DNA from: a virus | Lineage: Duplodnaviria > Caudoviricetes | Strand: one strand, 5' to 3' | IMG/VR virus record: IMGVR_UViG_3300005939_000010 | Coordinates: 1-59,230 of that record | Length of the DNA: 59,230 bases | Part shown: in pieces, positions 1 through 9,017 of the stretch | Layout: each line of letters opens with the position of its first letter | Position numbering within the stretch: position 1 is the stretch's first letter | Position numbers and translations under genes: made by a program | Notes under the pieces: generated by a model | Seen by the model: the letters and a program-made list of their open reading frames with translations, nothing else | The model's database searches: none | Told to the model about the DNA's origin: nothing

Positions 1-78
1 ACGGCGGCCAACTGGATTCGCCGGTATCCCGAGCGGAAGCAGATCAAGTTCGCTCTGCTCCGCACCCGTGAGGCCTAA
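1..78 (+). CDS. major capsid protein, C-terminal end (partial)
   Basis: Frame 1 reads TAANWIRRYPERKQIKFALLRTREA*, resembling the C-terminus of YuA-like major capsid proteins; lies upstream of head-tail genes and is followed by a terminator. Confidence 0.75.
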   Translation, partial: TAANWIRRYPERKQIKFALLRTREA

Positions 79-109
79 TCTTAGGCCTGACCCCTCTTGA
101 GGCACAACC

Positions 110-143
110 GGGAGGGCTCTTAACAGGGCCCTCCCTTATCTTT
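110..143 (+). terminator. Rho-independent terminator after capsid gene
   Basis: GGGAGGGCTCT-TAAC-AGGGCCCTCCC hairpin followed by TTATCTTT. Confidence 0.7.
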
Positions 144-156
144 ACTGGAGGAAATT

Positions 157-678
157 ATGAAGGGTCTCCCAAGATCTTTGTCTCGCGGTGCTCACCAGAC
201 TCGCCAGCATGTCAGCCGGCAGGTTGTTGTGGTCGAGGACCTCACCATTGCGGTGGCCGCGACCGGCGAGGCCGTCGGTTTTGGTACCGCCGTCCTTGGT
301 GATTTTCCGGAAGGCAACATCCTGCTCCTGGGCTGTACCGGCTACCTTAAACTGGACGGCTCCGGCGCTGATGCCAATCTCACCGCTGACTGGGAAGGCG
401 ACTTCTCCGTTGGTAGCACAGGCACGGCCGACGCCACGCTGGATAGCACCGACGTCAACATCCTGCCTTCCACGGCGCTGGCTGCCGCCACGGCTGAGAT
501 CGGTGTTCGCACCCGCAGTGTGAATGCCACTCCGGTCATGCTCGACAATACCGACGGTTCCCTGGAAATCAACCTCAGTGCACTCATCGACGCGGCGGAT
601 ATTACGGACGACCAGTCTGTAGACCTTACCGTGAACGGTGAGCTTCAGCTGGCCTATATCGTCCTCGGTGACGACTAA
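157..678 (+). CDS. virion structural protein (possible head decoration)
   Basis: GGAGG RBS; MKGLPRSLSR N-terminus as recalled for YuA-like post-capsid proteins; beta-rich. Confidence 0.6.
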   Translation: MKGLPRSLSRGAHQTRQHVSRQVVVVEDLTIAVAATGEAVGFGTAVLGDFPEGNILLLGCTGYLKLDGSGADANLTADWEGDFSVGSTGTADATLDSTDVNILPSTALAAATAEIGVRTRSVNATPVMLDNTDGSLEINLSALIDAADITDDQSVDLTVNGELQLAYIVLGDD

Positions 679-680
679 CA

Positions 681-710
681 GTAGTCACCATCCGACGGTG
701 ACTGCCTTTT
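681..710 (+). terminator. Rho-independent terminator
   Basis: GTAGTCACC-N7-GGTGACTGC followed by CTTTT. Confidence 0.5.
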
Positions 711-723
711 GTGGGAGTGTAGC

Positions 724-1287
724 ATGGACATGACGATCGCAATCAATGAGGCACTTACCCTGCTCGATCCTGAGGACGACAGCCATTGGACGGTTGACGA
801 CCTACCCAGGATGGATATAATCGAGGGTCTTCTCGACGACAAAAGCATCACGAGGCAGAACGTGACTGATGCCAATCCTGGATTTAGCAGGGGCTCGGCC
901 AATGTCACCAGCACAGAAGAGGTGGCCCAGGCGAGAGAGGCCGTCGTGCTAGATGATCAGCCGATGACCAAGCTCCAACTGGATGAGCAGATCCAGGTCA
1001 TGGATCAGGAAATTGCTTCGCTCCAGAGGGCTCGTAACGAAATCGCCAGAGAACGCGACCAGGTGCAAGAGGCGGAGTTTGGAGGCCATTCACCGGCCGA
1101 TGACACCAAAGCCCGTTTGGCTTACATCAAGTCTCAGCATGAGATCCGCATGGCACGCGCCGGTCGCCGAGCCAACATCTTCAAAATGGTAAGTGCAGGC
1201 GACATCGCCAAGGGCTCTCAGTTGGATGCAGCCATGTCCCGTAAGACGGCTCGCGGCACCCAGCGCCCGCAGCGACCGCCTCTGTAA
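724..1287 (+). CDS. hypothetical head-associated protein with coiled coil
   Basis: GGGAG RBS before ATG 724; LDPEDDSHWTVDDLP motif seen in siphovirus proteins downstream of capsid. Confidence 0.55.
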   Translation: MDMTIAINEALTLLDPEDDSHWTVDDLPRMDIIEGLLDDKSITRQNVTDANPGFSRGSANVTSTEEVAQAREAVVLDDQPMTKLQLDEQIQVMDQEIASLQRARNEIARERDQVQEAEFGGHSPADDTKARLAYIKSQHEIRMARAGRRANIFKMVSAGDIAKGSQLDAAMSRKTARGTQRPQRPPL

Positions 1288-1296
1288 GGAGGAGAA

Positions 1297-1929
1297 ATGG
1301 TACGCCGATGGAATCCTCTAGGCACAAGACAGCAGGCCGACTTCTTCAACGCTCAGGAGCGTCGGAAGGGCCTGCGTCATCCTGGCTTTGAGCTTCATCG
1401 CACCCACGACTTCACCGTAGCCGAAACTGGTATAGCGGTCAGCGGCCTGTTCCCAGACAGGTCGCTGCCTTTTACTGTAGGAACAAAGGTCAAGATCACA
1501 GGGGCCACACCTGCCGGCGTCATATTCGAACTTGGCGATGCCACCACTGGGCTTGCGATCTGGATCGCTGCGGCTGACGACAAACTCTATGCTGCATTTG
1601 GAGATGCCGTCGCCGCTGATGGTGTTACGCTCACAGGGCCCGTCACGGTGGAAGACCAAGTCCTTGACATCGTAGTCGCCGTCATTCCTTCCTCTGGTAA
1701 GGCCAGGATGTGGGTCAACGGTAATCTTGTGGCGTCCGGAGAGGCGACCGGTGGATCGCTCCCGAACGGTTGGGCGGCTGCCAGCAACGGAGCCGTAGCG
1801 ACCGTCGAGGGGACTGTGACAACTCGGGTAGTAGTGTGTGACAGAATCGCCCTGTCTAATGCCCAGGTGATCCTCCCGGTGAGTTGCTACCACAACCAAA
1901 GACCACGTCAATTCAGCGAGGTATCCTGA
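1297..1929 (+). CDS. virion protein with LamG/concanavalin-like beta-sandwich
   Basis: AGGAGG RBS; GVIFELG...ARMWVNGNLVA pattern typical of LamG-like folds. Confidence 0.5.
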   Translation: MVRRWNPLGTRQQADFFNAQERRKGLRHPGFELHRTHDFTVAETGIAVSGLFPDRSLPFTVGTKVKITGATPAGVIFELGDATTGLAIWIAAADDKLYAAFGDAVAADGVTLTGPVTVEDQVLDIVVAVIPSSGKARMWVNGNLVASGEATGGSLPNGWAAASNGAVATVEGTVTTRVVVCDRIALSNAQVILPVSCYHNQRPRQFSEVS

Positions 1930-2783
1930 TGTCCTTCCTAGTTGAAGACGGTTCCGGTAAGAAGGGTGCGACGTCGTATGCGACGATCGCCGAATTCAAG
2001 TCCTACTTCACCGATCGCGGTAGTGCTGCAGCTGTGGCCCTTACTGATCCTGTGATTCAGGCAGGCCTTATTGCTGGAACCGACTACATCGATACACGGT
2101 GGGGACTCAAGCTCAGGGGCACGCGCCGATTCACCACCCTCACTTCTCGATCCGCCTTCACCCTGTCAGCTCAGCCGTCCGATGGTGATACTGTCACAGT
2201 GGGTTCCGCGATCGCCACCTTCAAGACTACGGCCACGCTGGACACCCACGCTGAGATTGGCGACATTCTTTACGACACCCTCAGCAACCTTGCGACGGCT
2301 CTAGCTGCTGCCTCTGCTGCCGCAGCGGACGGCAAGGTTGCTGACTTTTTGTTCCCTAATCCAGACCTAGCAACGCTCGTCATCTATACTGACAACGACG
2401 GTGTGGCTACGACAACGACGGCAGGGAACGGTTCCTTTGATGTAGCGACGTCGACCGGCTGGTCTCTGAACCAGCAGCCCTTGCAGTTCCCGAGATCGAA
2501 TCTGCGGGACTCAACCGGCCTACTTATCACTGGCATGCCAGATCCCCTGAAGGAAGCCACGTTCGAGTATGCCTACCGTTCGACCATCGCCGACCTGGCG
2601 CCGGACCCGACGGTAGACGCCTCTGGTGGGAAGGTAACTGGGTCTCGTAAGAAGGTCGGTCCGATAGAGACAGAGACGACCTTCAGCGCCGATGCCAACA
2701 TCGCTATCACGAAGCCCTACCCAGCGGCCGATCGGCTCCTCCAGGAGTACGTGAAGGGCTCCAATGGAGTCGTGAGGGCATAA
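1929..2783 (+). CDS. head-tail adaptor (DnaT-like family) with internal insertion
   Basis: MSFLVEDGSG..ATSYAT...YFTDRG, QPLQFPR and KKVGPIETE motifs; ATG overlaps the upstream TGA. Confidence 0.8.
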   Translation: MSFLVEDGSGKKGATSYATIAEFKSYFTDRGSAAAVALTDPVIQAGLIAGTDYIDTRWGLKLRGTRRFTTLTSRSAFTLSAQPSDGDTVTVGSAIATFKTTATLDTHAEIGDILYDTLSNLATALAAASAAAADGKVADFLFPNPDLATLVIYTDNDGVATTTTAGNGSFDVATSTGWSLNQQPLQFPRSNLRDSTGLLITGMPDPLKEATFEYAYRSTIADLAPDPTVDASGGKVTGSRKKVGPIETETTFSADANIAITKPYPAADRLLQEYVKGSNGVVRA

Positions 2784-3193
2784 TGGCAGACATCATAGGA
2801 TACACCGCACTGGCCGCAGAGGCCAAGACCCTGATTGAAGGGACCGGTCGGTCCGTAGTCTTCAATCGTTTCGACCAAGCGCCTGCTGATGCCGGTAAGC
2901 CTTGGGAGGGCCCTGCCAATCCAATAGGCACGCCCGATGCCACGGCCACTCTCCATGGAACCTTCGTGCCTCCGGCTGATAGTCGTGCCCTGGGCTTGGG
3001 TGCCATCGACGCAGATCTCCTAAAGCGTAGTGAGCAGATTTGCATTGCAGCGCCGGGGACTGTGAGTCCGCCGTTCGACCTCCGGACAGCGAACCAGCTG
3101 GTAGATGGCGGCACCCAGTGGAAGGTTGTTTTCACACAGACTCTGAAGCCTGGCGACGTTGTGCTACTCTACTTCATTGGAGTGCAGAGATAA
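2783..3193 (+). CDS. head closure / head-tail joining protein
   Basis: Position after adaptor; size; LKPGDVVLLY C-terminal motif; TAATG coupling. Confidence 0.65.
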   Translation: MADIIGYTALAAEAKTLIEGTGRSVVFNRFDQAPADAGKPWEGPANPIGTPDATATLHGTFVPPADSRALGLGAIDADLLKRSEQICIAAPGTVSPPFDLRTANQLVDGGTQWKVVFTQTLKPGDVVLLYFIGVQR

Positions 3194-3630
3194 TGCCAGC
3201 CTCGAGAGACCAAGCCTATTCTGACATCCTCGGCCTTCTCACGACAGCCTGGGTGACGACAGCCAGCCAAAGCGCCTCCCTCATCAAGTGGGAGAACGTG
3301 TCGAATAAGTCCACTCCTCCGACGACTGACACTCCATGGTGCCGTGCGACCGTTCGCCACGCGACAAGCCGACAGGCATCCCTGGCCGGAGCCATGGGGA
3401 CGCGCCGGTTCCGGCGAACTGGAGTCCTCACAGTGTCGGTCTTCTATCCATCTGGCACCGGTTTGCCAGGGGACACAGATCTGGCTAAAATAATCATGGA
3501 TGCCTACGAGGGAGTTACATCCTCCAGTGGCGTCATTTTCAGGGATGTGACGATAAACGAAATTGGCCCAGACGGCGACTTCTTCATGGTGAACGTTGTC
3601 GCAGCCTTCGAATACGACGAAATCAAATAG
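3193..3630 (+). CDS. tail terminator protein
   Basis: TAATG-coupled start MPASRDQ; PW.R.TVRH and G..RFRRTGVLTVSVFYPSGTG motifs; immediately before tail tube. Confidence 0.75.
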   Translation: MPASRDQAYSDILGLLTTAWVTTASQSASLIKWENVSNKSTPPTTDTPWCRATVRHATSRQASLAGAMGTRRFRRTGVLTVSVFYPSGTGLPGDTDLAKIIMDAYEGVTSSSGVIFRDVTINEIGPDGDFFMVNVVAAFEYDEIK

Positions 3631-3639
3631 GAGTCTCCG

Positions 3640-5226
3640 ATGGCGACGAATTACAAGCTTGATAGTAATGGCACCGGCCTCAGCATTGCCGAGGAGGAGT
3701 CGCTGAAGGTTCTCCCCGGGACGCCTGTCTGGATTCCGGCCGAGCCGAACACCTATCCCGACTTCGGTGGGGAAATCACGAACGTTGCCAGAACCCCGAT
3801 CAACGCCTCCCGTCAGCGGAAGAAGGGTGTGGTCACGGATCTGGATGCGACCGGCGGCCTCAGCACGGACCTGACCCAGGACAATCTTCAGCTCCTGCTT
3901 CAGGGTTTCTTCTTCGCCGATCTCCGCACCAAGGGCGATCTCAAGAACGCTCCTGGTATCACGACCATGACGCTCTCGGTCACAAGTGTCACTGATACCT
4001 TTACGCGTGTTGGTGGTACGACCGACCTGACGACCCTGTTTGCGGTCGGCGATATCATCCTGACCAGTGGCTTTGCCAACTCGGCCAATAACGGTATCCG
4101 CAAAGTCGCGACGGTTGCCGCCACGACTATTACCACGACCCTGGCCGACGGCGCTGGCGGAGCGGACACTACGGTTGACGAGTCTGTCACCTCCAATGCT
4201 TCGATCGTCAAGGTTGGTGTTGAGACTGCGGCTGGTGACATCGATGTTGACATGACCGGGAGCCGACCGGCTCTTACGTCGACCGTCCTGGACTTCACCG
4301 ATCTCGACCTGGTTGTCGGCGAGTGGATCTTCGTCGGTGGTGACAACTCAGCCACGGCCTTCCAAATCAATGCAACCAACAATGGCTTTGCTCGTGTTCG
4401 ATCCATCACGGCCACCAGGCTGGAGTTTGACAAGACCCAGGCCACCATGGTCACCGAGGCCAACACGACTGAGCTGGTTCAGATCTTCTGTGGTCGATGC
4501 CTGAAGAACGAGACCGGCGCTGACATTGTCCGCCGGACCTATCAGCTGGAGAGAACTCTCGGCAAGGCCGACACCGGGGACACTTATACTCAGGCTGAGT
4601 ATGTTGTCGGTGCCATCCCCAACGAGTTCAATGTCAACATCGCCGCAGCCGATAAGGTCACGGCGGACCTGGCCTTCGTTGGACTGGACGCTGAGTATAA
4701 GAATGGAACCGTAGGCCCCAAGGCTGGCACACGGCCGACGCTAGTGGAGGCCGACGCCTTCAATACCTCGTCCGATTTCAGCCGGATCAAGCTGCAAGTC
4801 CACAACGAAAGTGACGGAAACCCTTCGGCACTGTTTGCTTATGCCTCGGACATCAGCCTGACGCTGACCAACAACGTTGTCCCGAACAAGGCAATCGGCG
4901 TCCTCGGGGCCTTTGATGCTTCGGTCGGAACCTTCGAGGTGGGTGGTTCAATAACAGCCTACTTCTCGGATGTCGCTGCCATCGCGGCCGTCAGGGCGAA
5001 TTCCTCCATCACCATTGACGCTCACCTGGTTGCGAACAACGCTGGCATCACCATCGACATCCCACTGATTACCCTGGGCGATGGGAAGCTCAGCATTGAG
5101 CAGGATTCCCCGATCACTCTTCCTCTGTCGATGGAAGCTGCTACTGGTGCCTCATTCGACAGCAATATGGACCATACGATGTTGATGGTCTTCTTTGATT
5201 ATCTGCCTTCGCTGGCTGACGCCTAA
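3640..5226 (+). CDS. major tail (tube) protein
   Basis: 528 aa; EPNTYPDFGG...RTPIN.SRQRKKG and GTFEVGGSITAYF motifs of YuA-like tail tubes. Confidence 0.85.
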   Translation: MATNYKLDSNGTGLSIAEEESLKVLPGTPVWIPAEPNTYPDFGGEITNVARTPINASRQRKKGVVTDLDATGGLSTDLTQDNLQLLLQGFFFADLRTKGDLKNAPGITTMTLSVTSVTDTFTRVGGTTDLTTLFAVGDIILTSGFANSANNGIRKVATVAATTITTTLADGAGGADTTVDESVTSNASIVKVGVETAAGDIDVDMTGSRPALTSTVLDFTDLDLVVGEWIFVGGDNSATAFQINATNNGFARVRSITATRLEFDKTQATMVTEANTTELVQIFCGRCLKNETGADIVRRTYQLERTLGKADTGDTYTQAEYVVGAIPNEFNVNIAAADKVTADLAFVGLDAEYKNGTVGPKAGTRPTLVEADAFNTSSDFSRIKLQVHNESDGNPSALFAYASDISLTLTNNVVPNKAIGVLGAFDASVGTFEVGGSITAYFSDVAAIAAVRANSSITIDAHLVANNAGITIDIPLITLGDGKLSIEQDSPITLPLSMEAATGASFDSNMDHTMLMVFFDYLPSLADA

Positions 5227-5283
5227 TAGCCGCATCAACGGGAGCGCGGCAGGCTATAGCAATACGAGTACGGGAGCAGCAAA

Positions 5284-5742
5284 ATGAGTCTGAAGAGCCA
5301 GTTCAAAACCGACAAGCAGTTGGAAACCAAGGGCATTGTGATCGACTATGGAGAGACCAGAATCACGGTCGCCAGAGCCGGTGGTGCCAACAAGAAATTC
5401 AGCCGCATGCTCGACGCCAAGACCAAGCCCTATCGCAGAGCGATCGCGCTTGGCCAGTTCGACGATGAGCGGGCCAATGCTATCCTCCGTGAGGTCTACT
5501 CTCACACCGTCATCCTCGGCTGGGAGGAAAACACTGGTACCATCGAAGAGCCGAAGTGGGAATCAGGAATTTCTCCGGAGGATGCCGGCGTCGAAGCTGG
5601 TGATACATTGCTGCCGGTGACGCCTGAAAATGTCATGCTCGCCTTCGGCAACCTACCCGACGTATTCTTTGACATCCAGAATCAGGCCTCGGCCAGCGCT
5701 CTCTTCCGCGCGGAGCTGAACGAGCTCGCAGCGGGAAACTGA
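5284..5742 (+). CDS. tail assembly chaperone (gpG-like)
   Basis: Between tail tube and tape measure; ARAGGANKKF motif; ends in slippery G GGA AAC TGA. Confidence 0.8.
   Translation: MSLKSQFKTDKQLETKGIVIDYGETRITVARAGGANKKFSRMLDAKTKPYRRAIALGQFDDERANAILREVYSHTVILGWEENTGTIEEPKWESGISPEDAGVEAGDTLLPVTPENVMLAFGNLPDVFFDIQNQASASALFRAELNELAAGN
5733..5739 (+). other. -1 programmed ribosomal frameshift site (GGGAAAC)
   Basis: X XXY YYZ heptamer in the correct phase just before the stop; the -1 frame stays open to 6080. Confidence 0.8.
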
Positions 5743-6080
5743 TTGAGGTCCTGCTCTATACGCTGGAGCAGGGCTCTGTCGAAAAGCGTATCATACAGCA
5801 ATGCCTTCGGGATCGTAATCCGATCCCGAAGCGTATTGCGAATGCTCCCGCCCTTATCATGGGGCTGGAGCTGTACTTCACCGCGTGGCTTGAGCTGGAC
5901 CCAGACCGGCCTTCTGGTTGGGGTGTGGGTCCAATACCTTGGAGGTCAATAGGTGATTATGCCAAGGTCTTTAAGATACAAGGAGAACAACGTGACGACT
6001 TCTTCTATCTCGTGAGGGCGATGGACAATGCCTATGTCAAATATGTGCAGGCAAAACGAGCACAGAAAGTGAAGAAATGA
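5733..6080 (+). CDS. tail assembly chaperone, frameshift extension (gpGT-like)
   Basis: -1 frame reads GKLIEVLLYTLEQG...MGLELYFTAW..., in frame with ORF 5859-6080. Confidence 0.75.
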   Translation, partial: GKLIEVLLYTLEQGSVEKRIIQQCLRDRNPIPKRIANAPALIMGLELYFTAWLELDPDRPSGWGVGPIPWRSIGDYAKVFKIQGEQRDDFFYLVRAMDNAYVKYVQAKRAQKVKK

Positions 6081-6562
6081 GCCTCGAGCGGTTTGCCCGA
6101 CGAATGAAATTGCGAGCACGCAACGTGCCTCGTGAGGTCAATAAGGTTGTCCGCAGGGCAGCACTTGCGGTCGACCAGGCGGTCGTCCTCGGCACACCGG
6201 TAGACACTGGCCGCGCTCGTTCCAACTGGATCGTATCCCTGGGCTCTGAGGGGACTGAGCAAAGCCGCAACGCAAAAGGTCAATTCGGAGGTAGGGTCAT
6301 TGAGCCTTACAGCCCAATTCCGGCGGGAACCGATCCCGGTAAGTTCGGTGAGTCCGGCAATGCCCAGGCTGCTATCTCCCAGGGACAGGAACAAATCTCA
6401 CGAAGTCAGCCGGGGGCAGCGATCATTATTGCTAACAACCTGGACTATATTGCACGGTTGAACGAGGGCTCCTCATCTCAGGCGCCAGCGATGTTTGTCG
6501 AAGCAGCTGTGCAGGCTGCGGTCGGCGCTATAAAAGGGGTCACGATAGACACAGGACGCTGA
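6077..6562 (+). CDS. neck / tail completion protein (HK97 gp10-like)
   Basis: TPVDTGRARSNW and NNLDYIARLNEGSSSQAPAMFV motifs. Confidence 0.8.
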   Translation: MSLERFARRMKLRARNVPREVNKVVRRAALAVDQAVVLGTPVDTGRARSNWIVSLGSEGTEQSRNAKGQFGGRVIEPYSPIPAGTDPGKFGESGNAQAAISQGQEQISRSQPGAAIIIANNLDYIARLNEGSSSQAPAMFVEAAVQAAVGAIKGVTIDTGR

Positions 6563-6563
6563 T

Positions 6564-9017
6564 ATGCCTACCGAACGCATCAACATTATCGTTCAGGAGA
6601 AGGGCACACGTGTCGTCAAAAGACGGCTCACCGAGATCGGTGGTGTTGCCCAGAGGTCAGCCCTCGGGGTGAGATCCCTTCAGAGTGCCCTTCTCGGCCT
6701 TGGCGTCGGACTGGCACTCCGGAGTACCATCCGGACTATCGCTTCCTTTGAGCAGGCGTTGTCCACTGTAAAGGCTGTCTCCAGCGCTACGAATACCGAA
6801 TTCCTTCGACTCCGTGACACTGCTAGAGATCTTGGTGCCACAACGCGGTTCACTGCGACGCAGGCTGCTGAGGGCATGGTTGAGCTGTCCAGAGCAGGCT
6901 TTGAAGTCAGCGAGACCTTGGTCTCCGTCAAAGACACGCTGCTCCTAGCACAGGCCGGTTCCCTCGATCTCAAGAGGGCTGCCGAGCTGACTGCCGGCAC
7001 GCTTCGTGGCTTCGGCCTTGCGGCTGATCAGTCCGGACGAGTGACCGATGTCTTGGCCTTCGCAGCCAATAGTGCAGCCACCGATGTGAACCAACTCGGC
7101 GAGGCCATGAAGTTTGTGTCCCCGGCTGCCAAGGGCCTCAACGTGTCCCTTGAGGAGTCGGTCGCTGCCTTGCAGGCGCTTGCTGACGCCCAACTGAAGG
7201 GCTCGCTTGGTGGAACCGGCCTTCGGCAGGTAATGATTGCATTGGAAGCTCCGGCGGCAAAGACCCGGAAGATTCTCTCCTCGGTAGGTCTTACGACAGA
7301 TCAAGTCAGGGTGTCCTCGGTCGGTCTAACCAAAGCTCTGCAAAATCTGAAAGAGGCCGGCATCACAACTGGCCAGGCTTACCAGATCTTCGGCAGACGA
7401 GGCGGTGGCGCCGCCAACATTCTGATCAACTCGGTTCCTAAGATCAAGGCAAATAATGCGGAACTGTTGAATGCAGCTGGTGCGGCCAAGGAAGTTGCTC
7501 GCATCATGGACGACAACCTGAACGGGGCTCTACTGAGAGTGAAGTCGGCCTTTGAGGCTGTTCAACTTTCCCTTGGTGAGTCCGGCTGGAGTGACAGGCT
7601 CCGGGGACTTCTGGACGGCCTCGCCAACGGCCTTCGCTACCTGGCTGCAAATATCGAGATCGTTCAGGGAGTTATCTATGCCTTGGCAACGGCAGCGATT
7701 CCCACTCTAATATCTGCCTTGGTTACTCTGGCTCCTCTGCTCGGTCTGGTCGCGATCGGCGCTGGCATTGGGGCCTTGGTTGCCTACCGTCGAGAGATCA
7801 TGCTAACAGAAGACGGGGTGTCTGACCTTGGCGATCTCATGTCGGCAGTGTGGGAACGTATCATCACCACCGGCCAGATAGTTGTTGACTTCTTCAAGAC
7901 CCAGTTCGGTGGAATCACCACCGCGTTCGACGACATTGAGTTTGGCGTTGCCGATATGGTCATGCTGACCGCCAGGGGCCTAGATGCATGGATCGGCCTG
8001 TGGCGAGGGGCGATCAACGCCATCGTGGCCCTCTTCAAACACCTGGGTCCGGCTCTCAAAGAGATCATGATCGACGCGATGAATGAAGTCTTCGCGGTCC
8101 TTGACGCAGGATTCCGTCGATTCTACACCACCCTGGGTAAGATCCCTGGGCGCATCGGTGAACCCTACCGGCGTCTGGCTCGAGACGGCCTTATCCCTCG
8201 GCTTGAGAACACAGCCGCAGGCTCTACTGAAACCCTGGCGAATGCCGTTGTGGATGGATTCGCCAAAGGCTTTGATGAGATCACGGTGTTCGAGGATTCC
8301 GTCAATGGTCTTTTCGACAGAGCGGATGTAATCGCAAAGGACCGTATTGCAAAAGCTCAAGAACAGGCTGCGGTGGCAGGCTCTACGCTTCCGTCAGGAA
8401 CAGGTGTTGCTCCCGCACCTGAGGAGGGCCCTGCCGCACGCCTGTCTCAACTTCAAGCCGGTGTTCAGGCCGGTCTTGAGTCGATTGGACAGACGATTCA
8501 CAATTTCGGGGCACAGGCTGAGGCAACCCTAGTCAACGCCTTCAACTCGGCGGAGGACGCCTTGGTCCAGTTCGTGACTACTGGCAAGGTCAACTTCAAG
8601 TCGCTGGTAGATTCGGTTCTGGCAGATCTGACTAGACTTCTGGCTCGACAGGCTATCTCTGGCCTGCTCAACGCGATGGGTGGGTCCGGGGGTATCTTTG
8701 GTACCATCGCTTCGGCTTTCAGCCAGGGCGGAGGTGGTGATAAGGCAAGGGCAGCCGGTGGTCCAGTATCGCCAGGACAGTTCTACGTCGTTGGAGAGAA
8801 GGGCCCAGAGCTATTCTCCCCGTCCGCCTCTGGGTCGATAGTCCCGAATGGTGCCGCCCAGAACATGGCGGCTGGCGCCCAGGGAGGAGCGCAGGGTGGG
8901 AACATCACTATAATAAATGTGTCGTCGAAAGAAGAGGCCCTCGCCGCGCTGGAAAGTGCTGAAGGCGAACGGATAGTCGTCAACTACATGAGCGAACAAG
9001 AACGGCAGGTGCAATAA
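6564..9017 (+). CDS. tape measure protein
   Basis: 817 aa Ala/Leu-rich; TP901-type core (ARDLGATTRFTATQAAEGM); C-terminal RAAGGPV...VGEKGPELF. Confidence 0.92.
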   Translation: MPTERINIIVQEKGTRVVKRRLTEIGGVAQRSALGVRSLQSALLGLGVGLALRSTIRTIASFEQALSTVKAVSSATNTEFLRLRDTARDLGATTRFTATQAAEGMVELSRAGFEVSETLVSVKDTLLLAQAGSLDLKRAAELTAGTLRGFGLAADQSGRVTDVLAFAANSAATDVNQLGEAMKFVSPAAKGLNVSLEESVAALQALADAQLKGSLGGTGLRQVMIALEAPAAKTRKILSSVGLTTDQVRVSSVGLTKALQNLKEAGITTGQAYQIFGRRGGGAANILINSVPKIKANNAELLNAAGAAKEVARIMDDNLNGALLRVKSAFEAVQLSLGESGWSDRLRGLLDGLANGLRYLAANIEIVQGVIYALATAAIPTLISALVTLAPLLGLVAIGAGIGALVAYRREIMLTEDGVSDLGDLMSAVWERIITTGQIVVDFFKTQFGGITTAFDDIEFGVADMVMLTARGLDAWIGLWRGAINAIVALFKHLGPALKEIMIDAMNEVFAVLDAGFRRFYTTLGKIPGRIGEPYRRLARDGLIPRLENTAAGSTETLANAVVDGFAKGFDEITVFEDSVNGLFDRADVIAKDRIAKAQEQAAVAGSTLPSGTGVAPAPEEGPAARLSQLQAGVQAGLESIGQTIHNFGAQAEATLVNAFNSAEDALVQFVTTGKVNFKSLVDSVLADLTRLLARQAISGLLNAMGGSGGIFGTIASAFSQGGGGDKARAAGGPVSPGQFYVVGEKGPELFSPSASGSIVPNGAAQNMAAGAQGGAQGGNITIINVSSKEEALAALESAEGERIVVNYMSEQERQVQ

